Part shown: in pieces, positions 49,732-59,410 of the stretch
How the letters are laid out: each line of letters begins with the position of its first letter
How positions within the stretch are numbered: position 1 is the stretch's first letter
NCBI GenBank assembly: GCA_963664195.1
Contig: OY760907.1
Coordinates: 2,176,001 to 2,240,000, forward strand
Reading direction: 5' to 3'
Length of the DNA stretch: 64,000 nucleotides
Source of the DNA: an uncultured candidate division Zixibacteria bacterium
GTDB taxonomy: Bacteria > Zixibacteria > MSB-5A5 > GN15 > FEB-12
Made by a program: the position numbers and the translations under genes
Notes under the pieces: generated by a model
Told to the model about the DNA's origin: nothing
Database searches by the model: none
The model's input: only the letters and a program-made list of their open reading frames with translations

Positions 49732-49834
49732 GGATAGGTTCAGGAAGAACACGGTCGATTGCAACGACGACCGACAACCTGCTGTCGGACCCAACCGGCA
49801 CCATCACTGCGACTGTCATGGGACGATGATATAA

Positions 49835-50791
49835 GTGGATCGCAATCTGGCTCTGGAAATGGTACGAGTCACTGAGGCCTCCGCGCTCGCGGCCGCCCGG
49901 TGGATGGGAAAAGGGGACCCGGTATCGGCCGATCAGGCAGCCGTAGACGCTATGCACCTGACGCTCAACTCACAATCTATCGACGGCAGAATAGCACTCG
50001 GTATGGGTGAGAGCGGCGCGGTACCCAAGCTGTACACGGGGGAGGAAATCGGAGCGGGCGGCCCCAATCATATCGAGCTGGCTATTGACCCCCTCGAATG
50101 CACCAAATCTGTCGCCTACGGGCGGTCCAACGCTATGGCCGTCGTTGCAATGGCCCCTCCGGGGGAATTCTTTTCGCCGCCCTCGCAGTACATGGAAAAG
50201 CTTGCAGTTGGACCGCAGGCGGCCGGAGTGATTGATCTCAGCCTTTCAATCGAAGAGAATCTCAGTCGGATAGCGAAGGCCAAAGGCTACGCAATAGCCG
50301 ATTTGACCGTGGTTATTCTTGATCGCGAGAGACATGCGGATATGATAGCCCGGATCCGAAAACTTGGTGCGAGGATTCATTTGATCCCGGACGGCGACGT
50401 TGCCGCGGCTATTGCTGCTGCCACGCCCGGTACGGGAATCGACGTGCTCGTCGGCACCGGAGGGTCCTCAGAAGGCGTACTCGCCGCCGCCGCGCTCAGG
50501 TGTATAGGGGGAGAGATACAGACGCGTCTGGCTCCGAGCGACCGACAGGAGACAGACGAACTCAGGCGGACCGGCTACGGCAACCTTTCGCGGGTCTACC
50601 GTGCCGCCGATCTTGTCAGGGGGGACAACGTGATGTTTGTCGCCACAGGGGTTACCGACGGCGACCTGTTAAACGGCGTGAATTATCGCGCCGACGGCGC
50701 CACGACACATTCGCTGGTGTTGCGCTCTAAAACGAAGACAAAAAGATTCATTGTGACCGAACATTACTTTGAGGATAACCCACTGTACTAG
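49835..50791 (+). CDS. glpX: Class II fructose-1,6-bisphosphatase homolog (motif-degenerate)
   Basis: RVTEASA, DPLE, YMEK, DGDV and ATGVTDGDLL align to GlpX; GEGE changed to GMGE. Confidence 0.85.
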   Translation: MDRNLALEMVRVTEASALAAARWMGKGDPVSADQAAVDAMHLTLNSQSIDGRIALGMGESGAVPKLYTGEEIGAGGPNHIELAIDPLECTKSVAYGRSNAMAVVAMAPPGEFFSPPSQYMEKLAVGPQAAGVIDLSLSIEENLSRIAKAKGYAIADLTVVILDRERHADMIARIRKLGARIHLIPDGDVAAAIAAATPGTGIDVLVGTGGSSEGVLAAAALRCIGGEIQTRLAPSDRQETDELRRTGYGNLSRVYRAADLVRGDNVMFVATGVTDGDLLNGVNYRADGATTHSLVLRSKTKTKRFIVTEHYFEDNPLY

Positions 50792-50818
50792 GAGGTCATG
50801 GAAAGGAGAGATGCGATT

Positions 50819-51178
50819 ATGAAGACAAAAGTCACCGCTCGTCATTTCGACCTCACTCCGGAGATGAAGGAGAAGGCCGAGGCGGAAATGGATGGTCTGA
50901 CACGGTACTACGATCGAATCGTCTCGGCGGAGTTCATTCTTGATGCCGAACGGCATCGCCGCATGGCGGAGCTTCGCGTGAAAGTCTACAATCAAACGTT
51001 GACCGGTTCCGGTGAAACCGACGAGATATACAGCGCCATGGGCGTTGCGGTTGACAAAATGAAGGGTCAGTTGAAGAAATACAAAGGCAAGCTCAAAGAA
51101 AAGAAACCGGAAGAGATTGCCGACGTGACCGAAAGTCTGACACAGCCGCACACGGATGTCGACGAGGTCGAGCAGTAA
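50819..51178 (+). CDS. hpf: Ribosome hibernation factor HPF/RaiA
   Basis: TARHFDLT..., AVDKM..QLKKYK; located in the rpoN operon. Confidence 0.9.
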   Translation: MKTKVTARHFDLTPEMKEKAEAEMDGLTRYYDRIVSAEFILDAERHRRMAELRVKVYNQTLTGSGETDEIYSAMGVAVDKMKGQLKKYKGKLKEKKPEEIADVTESLTQPHTDVDEVEQ

Positions 51179-51214
51179 CGGACAACTGACTCACAGACAT
51201 AATCGAACAAACGT

Positions 51215-51247
51215 ACCGGCGGGTTCACAGAAGCCCGCCGGTTTTTT
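51215..51247 (+). terminator. Intrinsic terminator of the lptB-rpoN operon
   Basis: ACCGGCGGGTT..AGCCCGCCGGT followed by a T-run. Confidence 0.85.
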
Positions 51248-51364
51248 GTGGCGCGGCGTCGGGTGGGAGTCCAATCGCACCGCGAGCGGTGGGATACCAA
51301 GGCAAGAAATACATCGCGAGAAATCCTGGGCAAACGCCGGGCCACCGGACTAGAGTTTGCCCCC

Positions 51365-52687
51365 CTATACCTCCAGCCCGAGCTTCTTGATCTTTTTGTA
51401 GAGATGGGAGCGTTCGAGGCCGAGAAGACGTGCTGCCTCGGTCATGTTGCCTTCGGTGCGGCGGATTGTCGCCTGGATATACTCGCGCTCGAAATCATCA
51501 ACCGCGTCGCGAAGAGAACCGTGTGACGCCTCGGCTGAACGCGGAAGAAACTGGGAGAGTTGGTCAGCAGTGATGATCGGGTCATCGCAATAGATATTCA
51601 CCCGCTCGACGAGATTCTTCAACTCCCGGACATTGCCTTTGAACTCACAGCGTTTGAGAGCCGGGAAAGTATCTGCGGTCAACTGCTTGACTTCTGTCCC
51701 CGACTCAGAGGCAAACCGATTCAAGAAATACTCAGCGAGCAAGGGGATATCCGATTGTCTTTCTCTTAGAGGCGGCAGGGAATACGTTACAACGTTCAAT
51801 CTGTAATACAAGTCCTGACGGAACTTGCCCTCAGCGACGAATGCCTCAAGCTCGCGGTTCGAGGCTGCGATGATATTGCAGTCGACCGTGATCGTTTTGT
51901 CCGAGCCGACGGGTGTCACCTGTCGGGTTTCTATCACTCGAAGGATTTTCGCCTGAGCTTCGAGCGGCATTTCGCTGATCTCGTCCAGAAAGATCGACCC
52001 GCCGTTGGCCTCAATGAATTTTCCCGTCCGGTCTTTTGTTGCCCCGGTAAACGATCCTTTAACGTGCCCGAACAATTCCGACTCCACCAGTTCCGACGGT
52101 AGCGCAGCGCAATTCACCGCGATAAAAGGGCCGTCGCCGTTTTTACTGTGACGGTGAATCATGTGCGCGGCCAGTTCCTTGCCGGTGCCGTTTTCGCCCA
52201 GCACTAAGAATCGCGTCGCACGAGAGGCGGAGCGGATGATGTCCGTGCGAAGCTTCTGGATCGGCTCCGATTCTCCTATCAGGTCACCGTAGACAATCCC
52301 CGCAAGACGGTTCCTCTCTGTCAGCAGGCGGGTGGCTTTCGAGGCGTTGTCAACCGTGATCAAAATCCGGTCGAGTGAGAGCGGTTTTTCGATGAAGTCG
52401 TACGCCCCGATATGAATCGCCTTTACGGCGGTATCGATATCGGCATGACCGGAGATCATCACGACACATCGTTCGGGGTGGCGCGTGAGGATTTCCTTCA
52501 GGAGGTCGATTCCGGAACCATCGCCGAGCATGACATCGAGGAAGATCACGTCGAACGCAGCGCTCGCATACTGCTGACCTTTGGCGAAGCTCTCAGCCGT
52601 GACGCATTCATGTCCGCGTTTGTCGAGGGCAGACTTCAGGGAGGTGCGGATGTTCGCTTCGTCGTCGACTATAAGTATCTTGGCCAT
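51365..52687 (-). CDS. Sigma54-dependent response regulator (NtrC/NtrX family)
   Basis: Receiver domain (VDD, LDV, KP); GENGTGKE; GSFTGA; FLDEI; Fis-type HTH. Confidence 0.95.
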   Translation of the reverse strand: MAKILIVDDEANIRTSLKSALDKRGHECVTAESFAKGQQYASAAFDVIFLDVMLGDGSGIDLLKEILTRHPERCVVMISGHADIDTAVKAIHIGAYDFIEKPLSLDRILITVDNASKATRLLTERNRLAGIVYGDLIGESEPIQKLRTDIIRSASRATRFLVLGENGTGKELAAHMIHRHSKNGDGPFIAVNCAALPSELVESELFGHVKGSFTGATKDRTGKFIEANGGSIFLDEISEMPLEAQAKILRVIETRQVTPVGSDKTITVDCNIIAASNRELEAFVAEGKFRQDLYYRLNVVTYSLPPLRERQSDIPLLAEYFLNRFASESGTEVKQLTADTFPALKRCEFKGNVRELKNLVERVNIYCDDPIITADQLSQFLPRSAEASHGSLRDAVDDFEREYIQATIRRTEGNMTEAARLLGLERSHLYKKIKKLGLEV

Positions 52688-54328
52688 TCATCTTTGCGGG
52701 AGGGAAATTGTCACCTCCGCGCCTCCTTGTTTGCGATTGGAAAGCGTGATCGTGCCGCCGTGGTCGAGGACGATCCGCTGGCAGATCACCAGCCCAAGTC
52801 CGCTGCCGCCTTGTTTGGTCGAAACGTACGGTTCAAACTTCTGTTCGAGGGTGTCGTCGCTGAACCCCGGTCCGTGGTCGCTGACGGTAATCATGATACC
52901 GTTGTTGGTGTCCGAAAGCACGACTTCGACCTGTGCGTCATCTCCGGACTCGAAACCGTTTTTCACGAGATTCACGAGCACCTGTCGCATCTGGTCAGCA
53001 TCAACATTGATTGTTTTTCGTTCCGTGCGATAGGTGACTTTCAACGCCTCGGAACGAATCTTGTCGGCGTACAGCGTCTCGAACGAGCGTAAGAGTTCCA
53101 CCGGTGGCGTCGGCGTCATCGAGGGTGGACTCATGCGGGCGAATCCAACAAACTGATCGAGGAGTTTTGCCAGACGTGTTGTCTCCTCCTTGATCATTCT
53201 GGTGTTGTCGCTCAGCGTTTGATCGAAGCCGGGTAGTTTTTCCTGGAATGAACGACGAAGGTCGTCGGCGCTGATCGCTATTGGCGTGAGCGGGTTCTTG
53301 ATTTCATGGGCGATTTTGCGGGCCATCGTCTGCCACGCAGCGATCTTTTCGGTGGTAGCGAGTTGCTTCTGGGAAATCTCTAGTTTGCGCATCATCTCGG
53401 AGAAAGAGTCAGCTAGCTGGGCGAACTCACCTTCCTCAAATGCCATCACCGGCGTGTTGAGATCGCCGCCCGCCACGCGTCCGAATGCATCCACGAGGTT
53501 GTCAATCTCCCGCTTGGCCCGTCCGGAGATATAGACGCCGACCGCAATTGCCACCAGCACCGAAGCCAGCGCCACGAGCGAGATGACGTTGATGAACGAG
53601 GCAAAGACCGACACGATCTCAGTCGGTTCAAAGTCGGCGATGACAAAGAATCCTGCCTGCTCTTTTCCGGCCACTCGCGCCCGGAGACGGTTGTCAACGC
53701 CGTACAGAGTGCCGGGTTCCATGGCCGAGATAGATTGAATCTCGCCTTCATCTTCGACAAAAACGACTTCCGTCTGTCCGCGGATTATTCGATTGGTGGT
53801 AGGAAGCATGCGCTGCTCGAGATACCAGCCGCCGTACAACTGCACCGGTCCCGGAACGCTGGTCAGTCCTGACAGTGATGCATGACGTCCGGTGATGTCG
53901 TACTCGACAGACTCTGCGAGGCTCACTCGTCCGTATCCAGAATCAGGGACGCCGGGAATCAGCCTCTCGCCAATCAAACCGGGCCGATGCGAACTGGCCA
54001 GCACGAGACCTGTCGAATCAACTACTTCGAGAAAGTCAAGATCGAACTGTCTGGCGTCGCAAGTTATCTGACCGGGATTGCCGGAGAGCACGGCATGACG
54101 TGCACGCGAAAACCAGTCCGAGTCCACGGCAGACCGAAGCTGCGCCTTGAATCGTTCCGCAAACTGACGGTCATACTGGTTAAGCTGTTCGAGGTCATCT
54201 GCGGCATTCTGCCGATAGGCCATTTCCTCCTGGCGGTAGGAATAGAAATAGACCACGGCCATCATCAACGCCGGAGGCAGCAACGCGATGATCACAAGAT
54301 ACATTCGAATGCGACCGGTCAGACTCAT
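52688..54328 (-). CDS. Membrane sensor histidine kinase (NtrY-like, HAMP)
   Basis: 2 TM and HAMP; AHEIKNPLTP; N-box; DHGPG; GSGLGL. Confidence 0.93.
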   Translation of the reverse strand: MSLTGRIRMYLVIIALLPPALMMAVVYFYSYRQEEMAYRQNAADDLEQLNQYDRQFAERFKAQLRSAVDSDWFSRARHAVLSGNPGQITCDARQFDLDFLEVVDSTGLVLASSHRPGLIGERLIPGVPDSGYGRVSLAESVEYDITGRHASLSGLTSVPGPVQLYGGWYLEQRMLPTTNRIIRGQTEVVFVEDEGEIQSISAMEPGTLYGVDNRLRARVAGKEQAGFFVIADFEPTEIVSVFASFINVISLVALASVLVAIAVGVYISGRAKREIDNLVDAFGRVAGGDLNTPVMAFEEGEFAQLADSFSEMMRKLEISQKQLATTEKIAAWQTMARKIAHEIKNPLTPIAISADDLRRSFQEKLPGFDQTLSDNTRMIKEETTRLAKLLDQFVGFARMSPPSMTPTPPVELLRSFETLYADKIRSEALKVTYRTERKTINVDADQMRQVLVNLVKNGFESGDDAQVEVVLSDTNNGIMITVSDHGPGFSDDTLEQKFEPYVSTKQGGSGLGLVICQRIVLDHGGTITLSNRKQGGAEVTISLPQR

Positions 54329-55575
54329 GGAGTGGCCTCCGCGGGAGGATCGGGCAGGATGAGCTTCATCATCATCGAAGTGTCGAGACGGCCATCGCTA
54401 TCGAACTCCAGTCCTTGAAGGTTCTGGTGTGTACTCAAATGAGCCACGGGACGAAACAGCGGAAAGACGCCGAGATCTTCGATCATAATCCGCTCGGCGG
54501 CGTCGAGATTGCGATAGTAATCGCTCTGCATTGAAGGCGATTCGACAAACCGAAACGCCGTGGCTATGCGACGGATGTACTCGTTGGCTCGCATGTCGGC
54601 CATACTGTCCTGCACGAGTCGGTGGTACAGAGTGTACATGGTGACTGAGGGCAACTCGCTGCTCACGGGGACGAATTCGAGGTACACGTCGGCCTCGCGC
54701 CTGCTTTGAGTCAGCTTCACCGGGCAGCGGTCGCGCGATATTATGTCCGCAAAATAGAACGTCAACTGGTCCAGCGCCGGTGATCCTGAAAACAATGCCA
54801 GCGAATCCGGGACAATCGACATCGATTGAAACAATACTCTGCCACGTGCGGGATCATAGCTGTATTGGCGATGTGCCGGCGTACCGTTAGAGGCCGGCTC
54901 GTAGATGTGGAAGCGATGGGTTGACCCGGCGACGTCTCCCTCGAAACAGAAGTCCAGTTTCGTTTCGTCGTAACGATAGTACAGCGAGGTCGTCAACTGT
55001 CCGCCCTGATTGAAACGACGACCTATGTTCGGCACAAGTGCCGCTACCCAGGGAGCGGGGTGGCTAATCACGGTCGTTTTTGCCGTTGCCTGCAAATCTC
55101 CAAAGGACAGGCAGGCGTCGAGAAGTCCATCCTGGAAATCGTGCAGCATGGTTTGGTGATGATCGTACTCCCTGAAGATCAGGCGTACGCTATCATTGCC
55201 GCGTGAAATAAGCGGCAGGCCTACAATATCGGAGCCGACCGTGATTGCGGAAACAGTGTCTAAATCCGCCGTCTGGATGATCGCAAACAACGCGCCGAGG
55301 TCAGTCAGGTCGAACGAAACCGAATCGGCCATACCCAACGGTTCGCTGATCGCAACTCCTTGCCATGAGTGCTCGATAGAACCCACATGTATGGTGTCTT
55401 CACCTTGAAGCAGCGAGTAACGTGCGTGCGGGTAAACAAAAGCTTCCTCTCCAACAGCGAAATACAGTCGGTCGAGGCGGTACTGAAGCGCATCGCAGGT
55501 GACTTGCCCGGCATAGACATCGGAGCCAATCGACAACGCCAGAAGCACGGATATGATGATGTTGACTTTTCGCAT
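54325..55575 (-). CDS. Secreted protein with solute-binding (family 5-like) C-terminal region
   Basis: Signal peptide; YDPARGR..., AERIMIEDLGVFPLF resembles the SBP family-5 C-terminus; ATGA-coupled to the kinase gene. Confidence 0.6.
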   Translation of the reverse strand: MRKVNIIISVLLALSIGSDVYAGQVTCDALQYRLDRLYFAVGEEAFVYPHARYSLLQGEDTIHVGSIEHSWQGVAISEPLGMADSVSFDLTDLGALFAIIQTADLDTVSAITVGSDIVGLPLISRGNDSVRLIFREYDHHQTMLHDFQDGLLDACLSFGDLQATAKTTVISHPAPWVAALVPNIGRRFNQGGQLTTSLYYRYDETKLDFCFEGDVAGSTHRFHIYEPASNGTPAHRQYSYDPARGRVLFQSMSIVPDSLALFSGSPALDQLTFYFADIISRDRCPVKLTQSRREADVYLEFVPVSSELPSVTMYTLYHRLVQDSMADMRANEYIRRIATAFRFVESPSMQSDYYRNLDAAERIMIEDLGVFPLFRPVAHLSTHQNLQGLEFDSDGRLDTSMMMKLILPDPPAEATP

Positions 55576-55661
55576 ATCTCCCATTCCAACCTGATCTGCA
55601 AAACGCAATCAGCTCGGACTGCACTACTTATACAAGGTTAAAAACGCATCGTTCCCTGCTC

Positions 55662-55823
55662 TGTGTCTGTTTTGCCACAGGCAACTTGTTGTTTTTCAGG
55701 TGGATAGGTCAGCCTTTGCTATGTTTGTGTCTTAGCTGACACACTCAGGTCGTGGTCTCCGGGACTAGGGAGGTCATAACCCGTTGCAAGCCAACGGCCT
55801 GTGTCCGTGGCACGGGGGTTGTA
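55662..55823 (+). promoter_or_regulatory. Putative sigma54 promoter with two upstream activator palindromes
   Basis: TGTGTC-N6-GCCACA (55662-55679); TGTGTC-N6-GACACA (55726-55743); TGGCAC-N5-TTGTA (55808-55823). Confidence 0.6.
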
Positions 55824-55863
55824 TTGCCTCAATCCAAACACAACCACTTACTCATAGGAGGCA

Positions 55864-56949
55864 ATGATGAAAACAACTACCACACTCATAGCAGCCCTGG
55901 GCATTGCAGCTCTGGCAGGCATCTCGTTTGTGGGATGCGACTCAGAACCGGAAACGGGAAACAACGGCTTCGTTGGACAACTTGTCGACTCTGTCGCACT
56001 GGCAGTGGCGGACAATCTTCATGAGGCCGCCCGGACGCCGGAAAGCGCAAATGTCGTTGACGGGGATCTGCATCCGGCCACAGATCTGGCGGTCGAGATT
56101 TACGATCCCGAGTTCGAGCCGGCAGTCAGAGATCTGCTCGCCAACGGTGACACGGTGTATGCCATCTACGACGGTGCGCTGCTCGTGTACGATCTCACCA
56201 CAAATGACTATTCCCTCGCGGTGGGGGACGATGCTCTGACGACCCTGGTAAGGCATGCCGGAAGCATTTTCGCGGCGGGGGAGAGGCTTTACCGGGTCGA
56301 CGGAGCAGAATTGATCCCGGACGAAACCGAGTTCAGCGGCCGAGTGAAAAGCCTGTGCAGTTTCGATGCCAGCCTGATGATCGGCACTGATTGTGGTCTG
56401 TACGCCCGCAATCTGCTTGGCACGACGCTTCTTCTTGAGGACATGAACATCTCCGCAATGGTGGCCGACCGGGACGGTCTCTGGATAGGTACGCACGGCG
56501 ATGGGCTGTATCGCTGGGATGGCGACAAGTACCGTCAGCGATATCTCTCGCGAGACAAGAGCCTTTTCGATCACGTGACGGCGCTGGCCTACAACCACGA
56601 TCACGTCTATCTCGGTACGGTCAACGGCATGTTCGTTTTTGACGGTGGCAATTGGAAGACACTGACAACCGAAGACGGACTCCCGGGCAATGTTGTCACC
56701 TCGATCGATGCCGCCGGCTGGGTAGTCTATGTCGGCACCAATGTCGGTATGGTGAGCTACTTCGAGGACGAGTTCTCGCCGGTGAAGAATCTTGAGACGC
56801 AGATGATTACCTCGATTGATCGCGTTGAAAACAACCTGTTTGCCGGTACTGTGGAGGACGGGATTGTGCTCAAGTCCGGATCGGTAGTCAAGACTCTGGT
56901 GGAGCCGCAATTGCAGTCGGAACAGGGGTTGGCGGCTGTCATTCACTGA
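55864..56949 (+). CDS. Beta-propeller lipoprotein (ligand-binding sensor-like repeats)
   Basis: SD AGGAGG; lipobox FVGC; repeated LWIGT/YLGT/YVGT blades; DGLPGNVVTSI. Confidence 0.8.
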   Translation: MMKTTTTLIAALGIAALAGISFVGCDSEPETGNNGFVGQLVDSVALAVADNLHEAARTPESANVVDGDLHPATDLAVEIYDPEFEPAVRDLLANGDTVYAIYDGALLVYDLTTNDYSLAVGDDALTTLVRHAGSIFAAGERLYRVDGAELIPDETEFSGRVKSLCSFDASLMIGTDCGLYARNLLGTTLLLEDMNISAMVADRDGLWIGTHGDGLYRWDGDKYRQRYLSRDKSLFDHVTALAYNHDHVYLGTVNGMFVFDGGNWKTLTTEDGLPGNVVTSIDAAGWVVYVGTNVGMVSYFEDEFSPVKNLETQMITSIDRVENNLFAGTVEDGIVLKSGSVVKTLVEPQLQSEQGLAAVIH

Positions 56950-57193
56950 TTTTCTGATCCCTCTCTTCCGTCAGTCTGCGCCCGCAGACCGGGGCCTCCC
57001 GGCTAGAAACGCCCGGAGGCCCTTTCCTTCTGTCTCCGGAAGTCCATTCGGTCTTTGCTCAGGTTAAACTTGACTCAGTTTTTGAAACCCGGTATGAGTC
57101 TCACAGTAAAAGACTCCTGAAAGGAGTACCGAAGTAGTGGATATCCGTTTGACAATTGGAATAGTATAGATAGACAAAGCAAGGAGCTTCAAA

Positions 57194-57793
57194 ATGAAAA
57201 GTCTGATTCTGCTTTTCGTACTGAGTTTGTTTGTGATCGGATGTGGCGGCGGTGGTCAGCAGGTCACACGCATGAATTCCGAGACCGTGACTGATCTTTC
57301 CGGCCGCTGGAACGATACTGACTCCCGGTTGGTTGCCGAAGAGATGGTTCGGGACTGTATCTCCCGCCCGTGGTTGACCTCGTTTGCCGCCGCTCAGGGT
57401 GCGAAGCCGGTGGTGACGGTGGGCCTTATTCGTAACAACTCCAGCGAGCACATTGACACCGAAGTATTCACCAAGGATTTTGAACGTGAGCTGATCAACT
57501 CAGCCCAGGTGCGATTTGTTGCGGCCAAGGATTACCGGGCTGAAATCCGTGAGGAACGTTCGGAGCAGCAGGAATTCGCCTCGCGTGATACTATGAAGAG
57601 AATGCGTGAGGAACTGGGAGCAGATTTCATTCTGCAGGGTTCAATCAAATCCGTGGTCGACCAGGTCGAGGGCAAACGGGCCGTGTTCTACCAGACCGAC
57701 TTGGAATTGGTGAATATCGAGTCGATGGAAAAAGTCTGGATCGGCAGCAAGGAAATCAAGAAGGGGATATCTCAGGGCAAGACCAAGTGGTAG
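57194..57793 (+). CDS. LpoB-like lipoprotein (penicillin-binding protein activator family)
   Basis: Lipobox VIGC; DLSGRWNDTD, IRNNSSEHID and GADF motifs. Confidence 0.8.
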   Translation: MKSLILLFVLSLFVIGCGGGGQQVTRMNSETVTDLSGRWNDTDSRLVAEEMVRDCISRPWLTSFAAAQGAKPVVTVGLIRNNSSEHIDTEVFTKDFERELINSAQVRFVAAKDYRAEIREERSEQQEFASRDTMKRMREELGADFILQGSIKSVVDQVEGKRAVFYQTDLELVNIESMEKVWIGSKEIKKGISQGKTKW

Positions 57794-59224
57794 TTGATGA
57801 GAAGTAACCCCGCGAGACTTCCCAGATTCATGTGCCAGGGGATTTGGCTCTGCCTCCTCCTCTGGCTCCTGACAGTTTTTTCCGGGTGTGGTTCTATGGC
57901 CACACGGAAAGACTTCTATGATCCTATCACCGCCGAACTTCGTGTTGCCAATTACGACTCTGCGGCCGCCGGACTCGAAGCGGCAAAAAACGACGGCAAG
58001 TTCGGCAGCAAGGATCGCGTGGTGTATTACGTTGATGCCGGACTGGCGTACCATTATGCCGGAGCGTATGATTCCAGCAACTCCCGTCTTCACGAAGCGG
58101 AAACGGCGGCCGAAGAGTTGTTCACCAAGAGTATTTCGAAAGCCGCGCTTTCGCTTCTGCTGAATGACAACGCTCTCGAGTACGCCGGAGAGGACTACGA
58201 AGTCCTTTATACCAATCTGTTCAGTGCCTTAAACTATGTCCAACTCGGGAAATTCGACGACGCGTTTGTTGAGATCAAGCGGGCGAATCTCAAACTCGAG
58301 TTGCTCGAGAACAAGTACGCCGATGCTGTCATGACCCTTCAGCGCGGAGCCGAAGAAGACACCAGCGCGGTGCAGATAGACTACGATATCAAACCGGTCC
58401 GATTCCACAACAGTGCCTTTGCCCGTTATCTGAGTATGCACATGTACGCCGCCGACGGTCAGTATGATGACGCCCGGATTGATCTGGGATACCTGCGCGA
58501 GGCGTTCCGTGCTCAGCCGTTCATTTACGGGTTTGAGACGCCCGACGTGAAGTTCGCCGATGACAACGGAGTTGTGCTGTCGGTGGTGGCTCTCGCAGGC
58601 CTGGCTCCGGTGAAGGAAGCTGTCAATCTTCGACTCCGGACGGACAAGGATCTCGATCTGGTGCAGATCCTCTATACTGACTCCGAGTATCACGAGAATC
58701 CGGAGTACGGCCATATCCCTATGGACGTATCTGAGGATTACTATTTCAAGTTTGCGATTCCGAAACTGGCCGGCCGGCATTCGGAGATCAGTCAGATCAA
58801 TGTTTATGCCTCCGGTGAGTCACTCGGCAGCCTTCAGTTGCTTGAGGACGTCGGCGCGGTGGCAAGAGAGACATTCGAGAGTAAGAGTTCGCTAATCTAT
58901 ATCCGTTCCGTGGCCCGGGCAGTTGTCAAGGGACTGGCGGCCCATAAGGCCAAGAAGAAGGCCGATACAGGCGGCCTGGGCGGCTGGCTCAAAAAAGCGG
59001 CCATCGACGTGGTTTCCGATGTGTCGGAAAACGCCGATCTTCGCTGCGCACGGCTTCTTCCGGGAAGGATTCTCGTTGGGGATTTTGTACTCCCACCGGG
59101 CGTCTACGACCTTACGGTCGAATTTATTGACAGTTCCGGTCAGGTAGTCGGGGGCCAGTCCTGGCCGAGCTACGAGGTCAAAGGACGCGGCCTCAATATG
59201 ATTGAGGCTGTTTCCTTGAATTGA
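57794..59224 (+). CDS. COG3014-like TPR lipoprotein
   Basis: Lipobox FSGC; NDNALEYAGEDYE and ADLRC..LP motifs; next to the LpoB-like gene; start uncertain. Confidence 0.75.
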   Translation: MMRSNPARLPRFMCQGIWLCLLLWLLTVFSGCGSMATRKDFYDPITAELRVANYDSAAAGLEAAKNDGKFGSKDRVVYYVDAGLAYHYAGAYDSSNSRLHEAETAAEELFTKSISKAALSLLLNDNALEYAGEDYEVLYTNLFSALNYVQLGKFDDAFVEIKRANLKLELLENKYADAVMTLQRGAEEDTSAVQIDYDIKPVRFHNSAFARYLSMHMYAADGQYDDARIDLGYLREAFRAQPFIYGFETPDVKFADDNGVVLSVVALAGLAPVKEAVNLRLRTDKDLDLVQILYTDSEYHENPEYGHIPMDVSEDYYFKFAIPKLAGRHSEISQINVYASGESLGSLQLLEDVGAVARETFESKSSLIYIRSVARAVVKGLAAHKAKKKADTGGLGGWLKKAAIDVVSDVSENADLRCARLLPGRILVGDFVLPPGVYDLTVEFIDSSGQVVGGQSWPSYEVKGRGLNMIEAVSLN

Positions 59225-59410
59225 CCCTTTCCGGGGGAGTTCGTCAGGCGGTCGAGCGGGCTAAGGTTCTTAACGGTCATACCGACAGATTTCATAGAGG
59301 GGGTGAAGGCTGATACGGTCAATCACCCCAGGCACTTCAATGGGCAGCCGTCGTAAAACAGGGGCCGATCCATCTAGCGAGCGCGACGGTTATGAGACAG
59401 GGAGGCTAGT

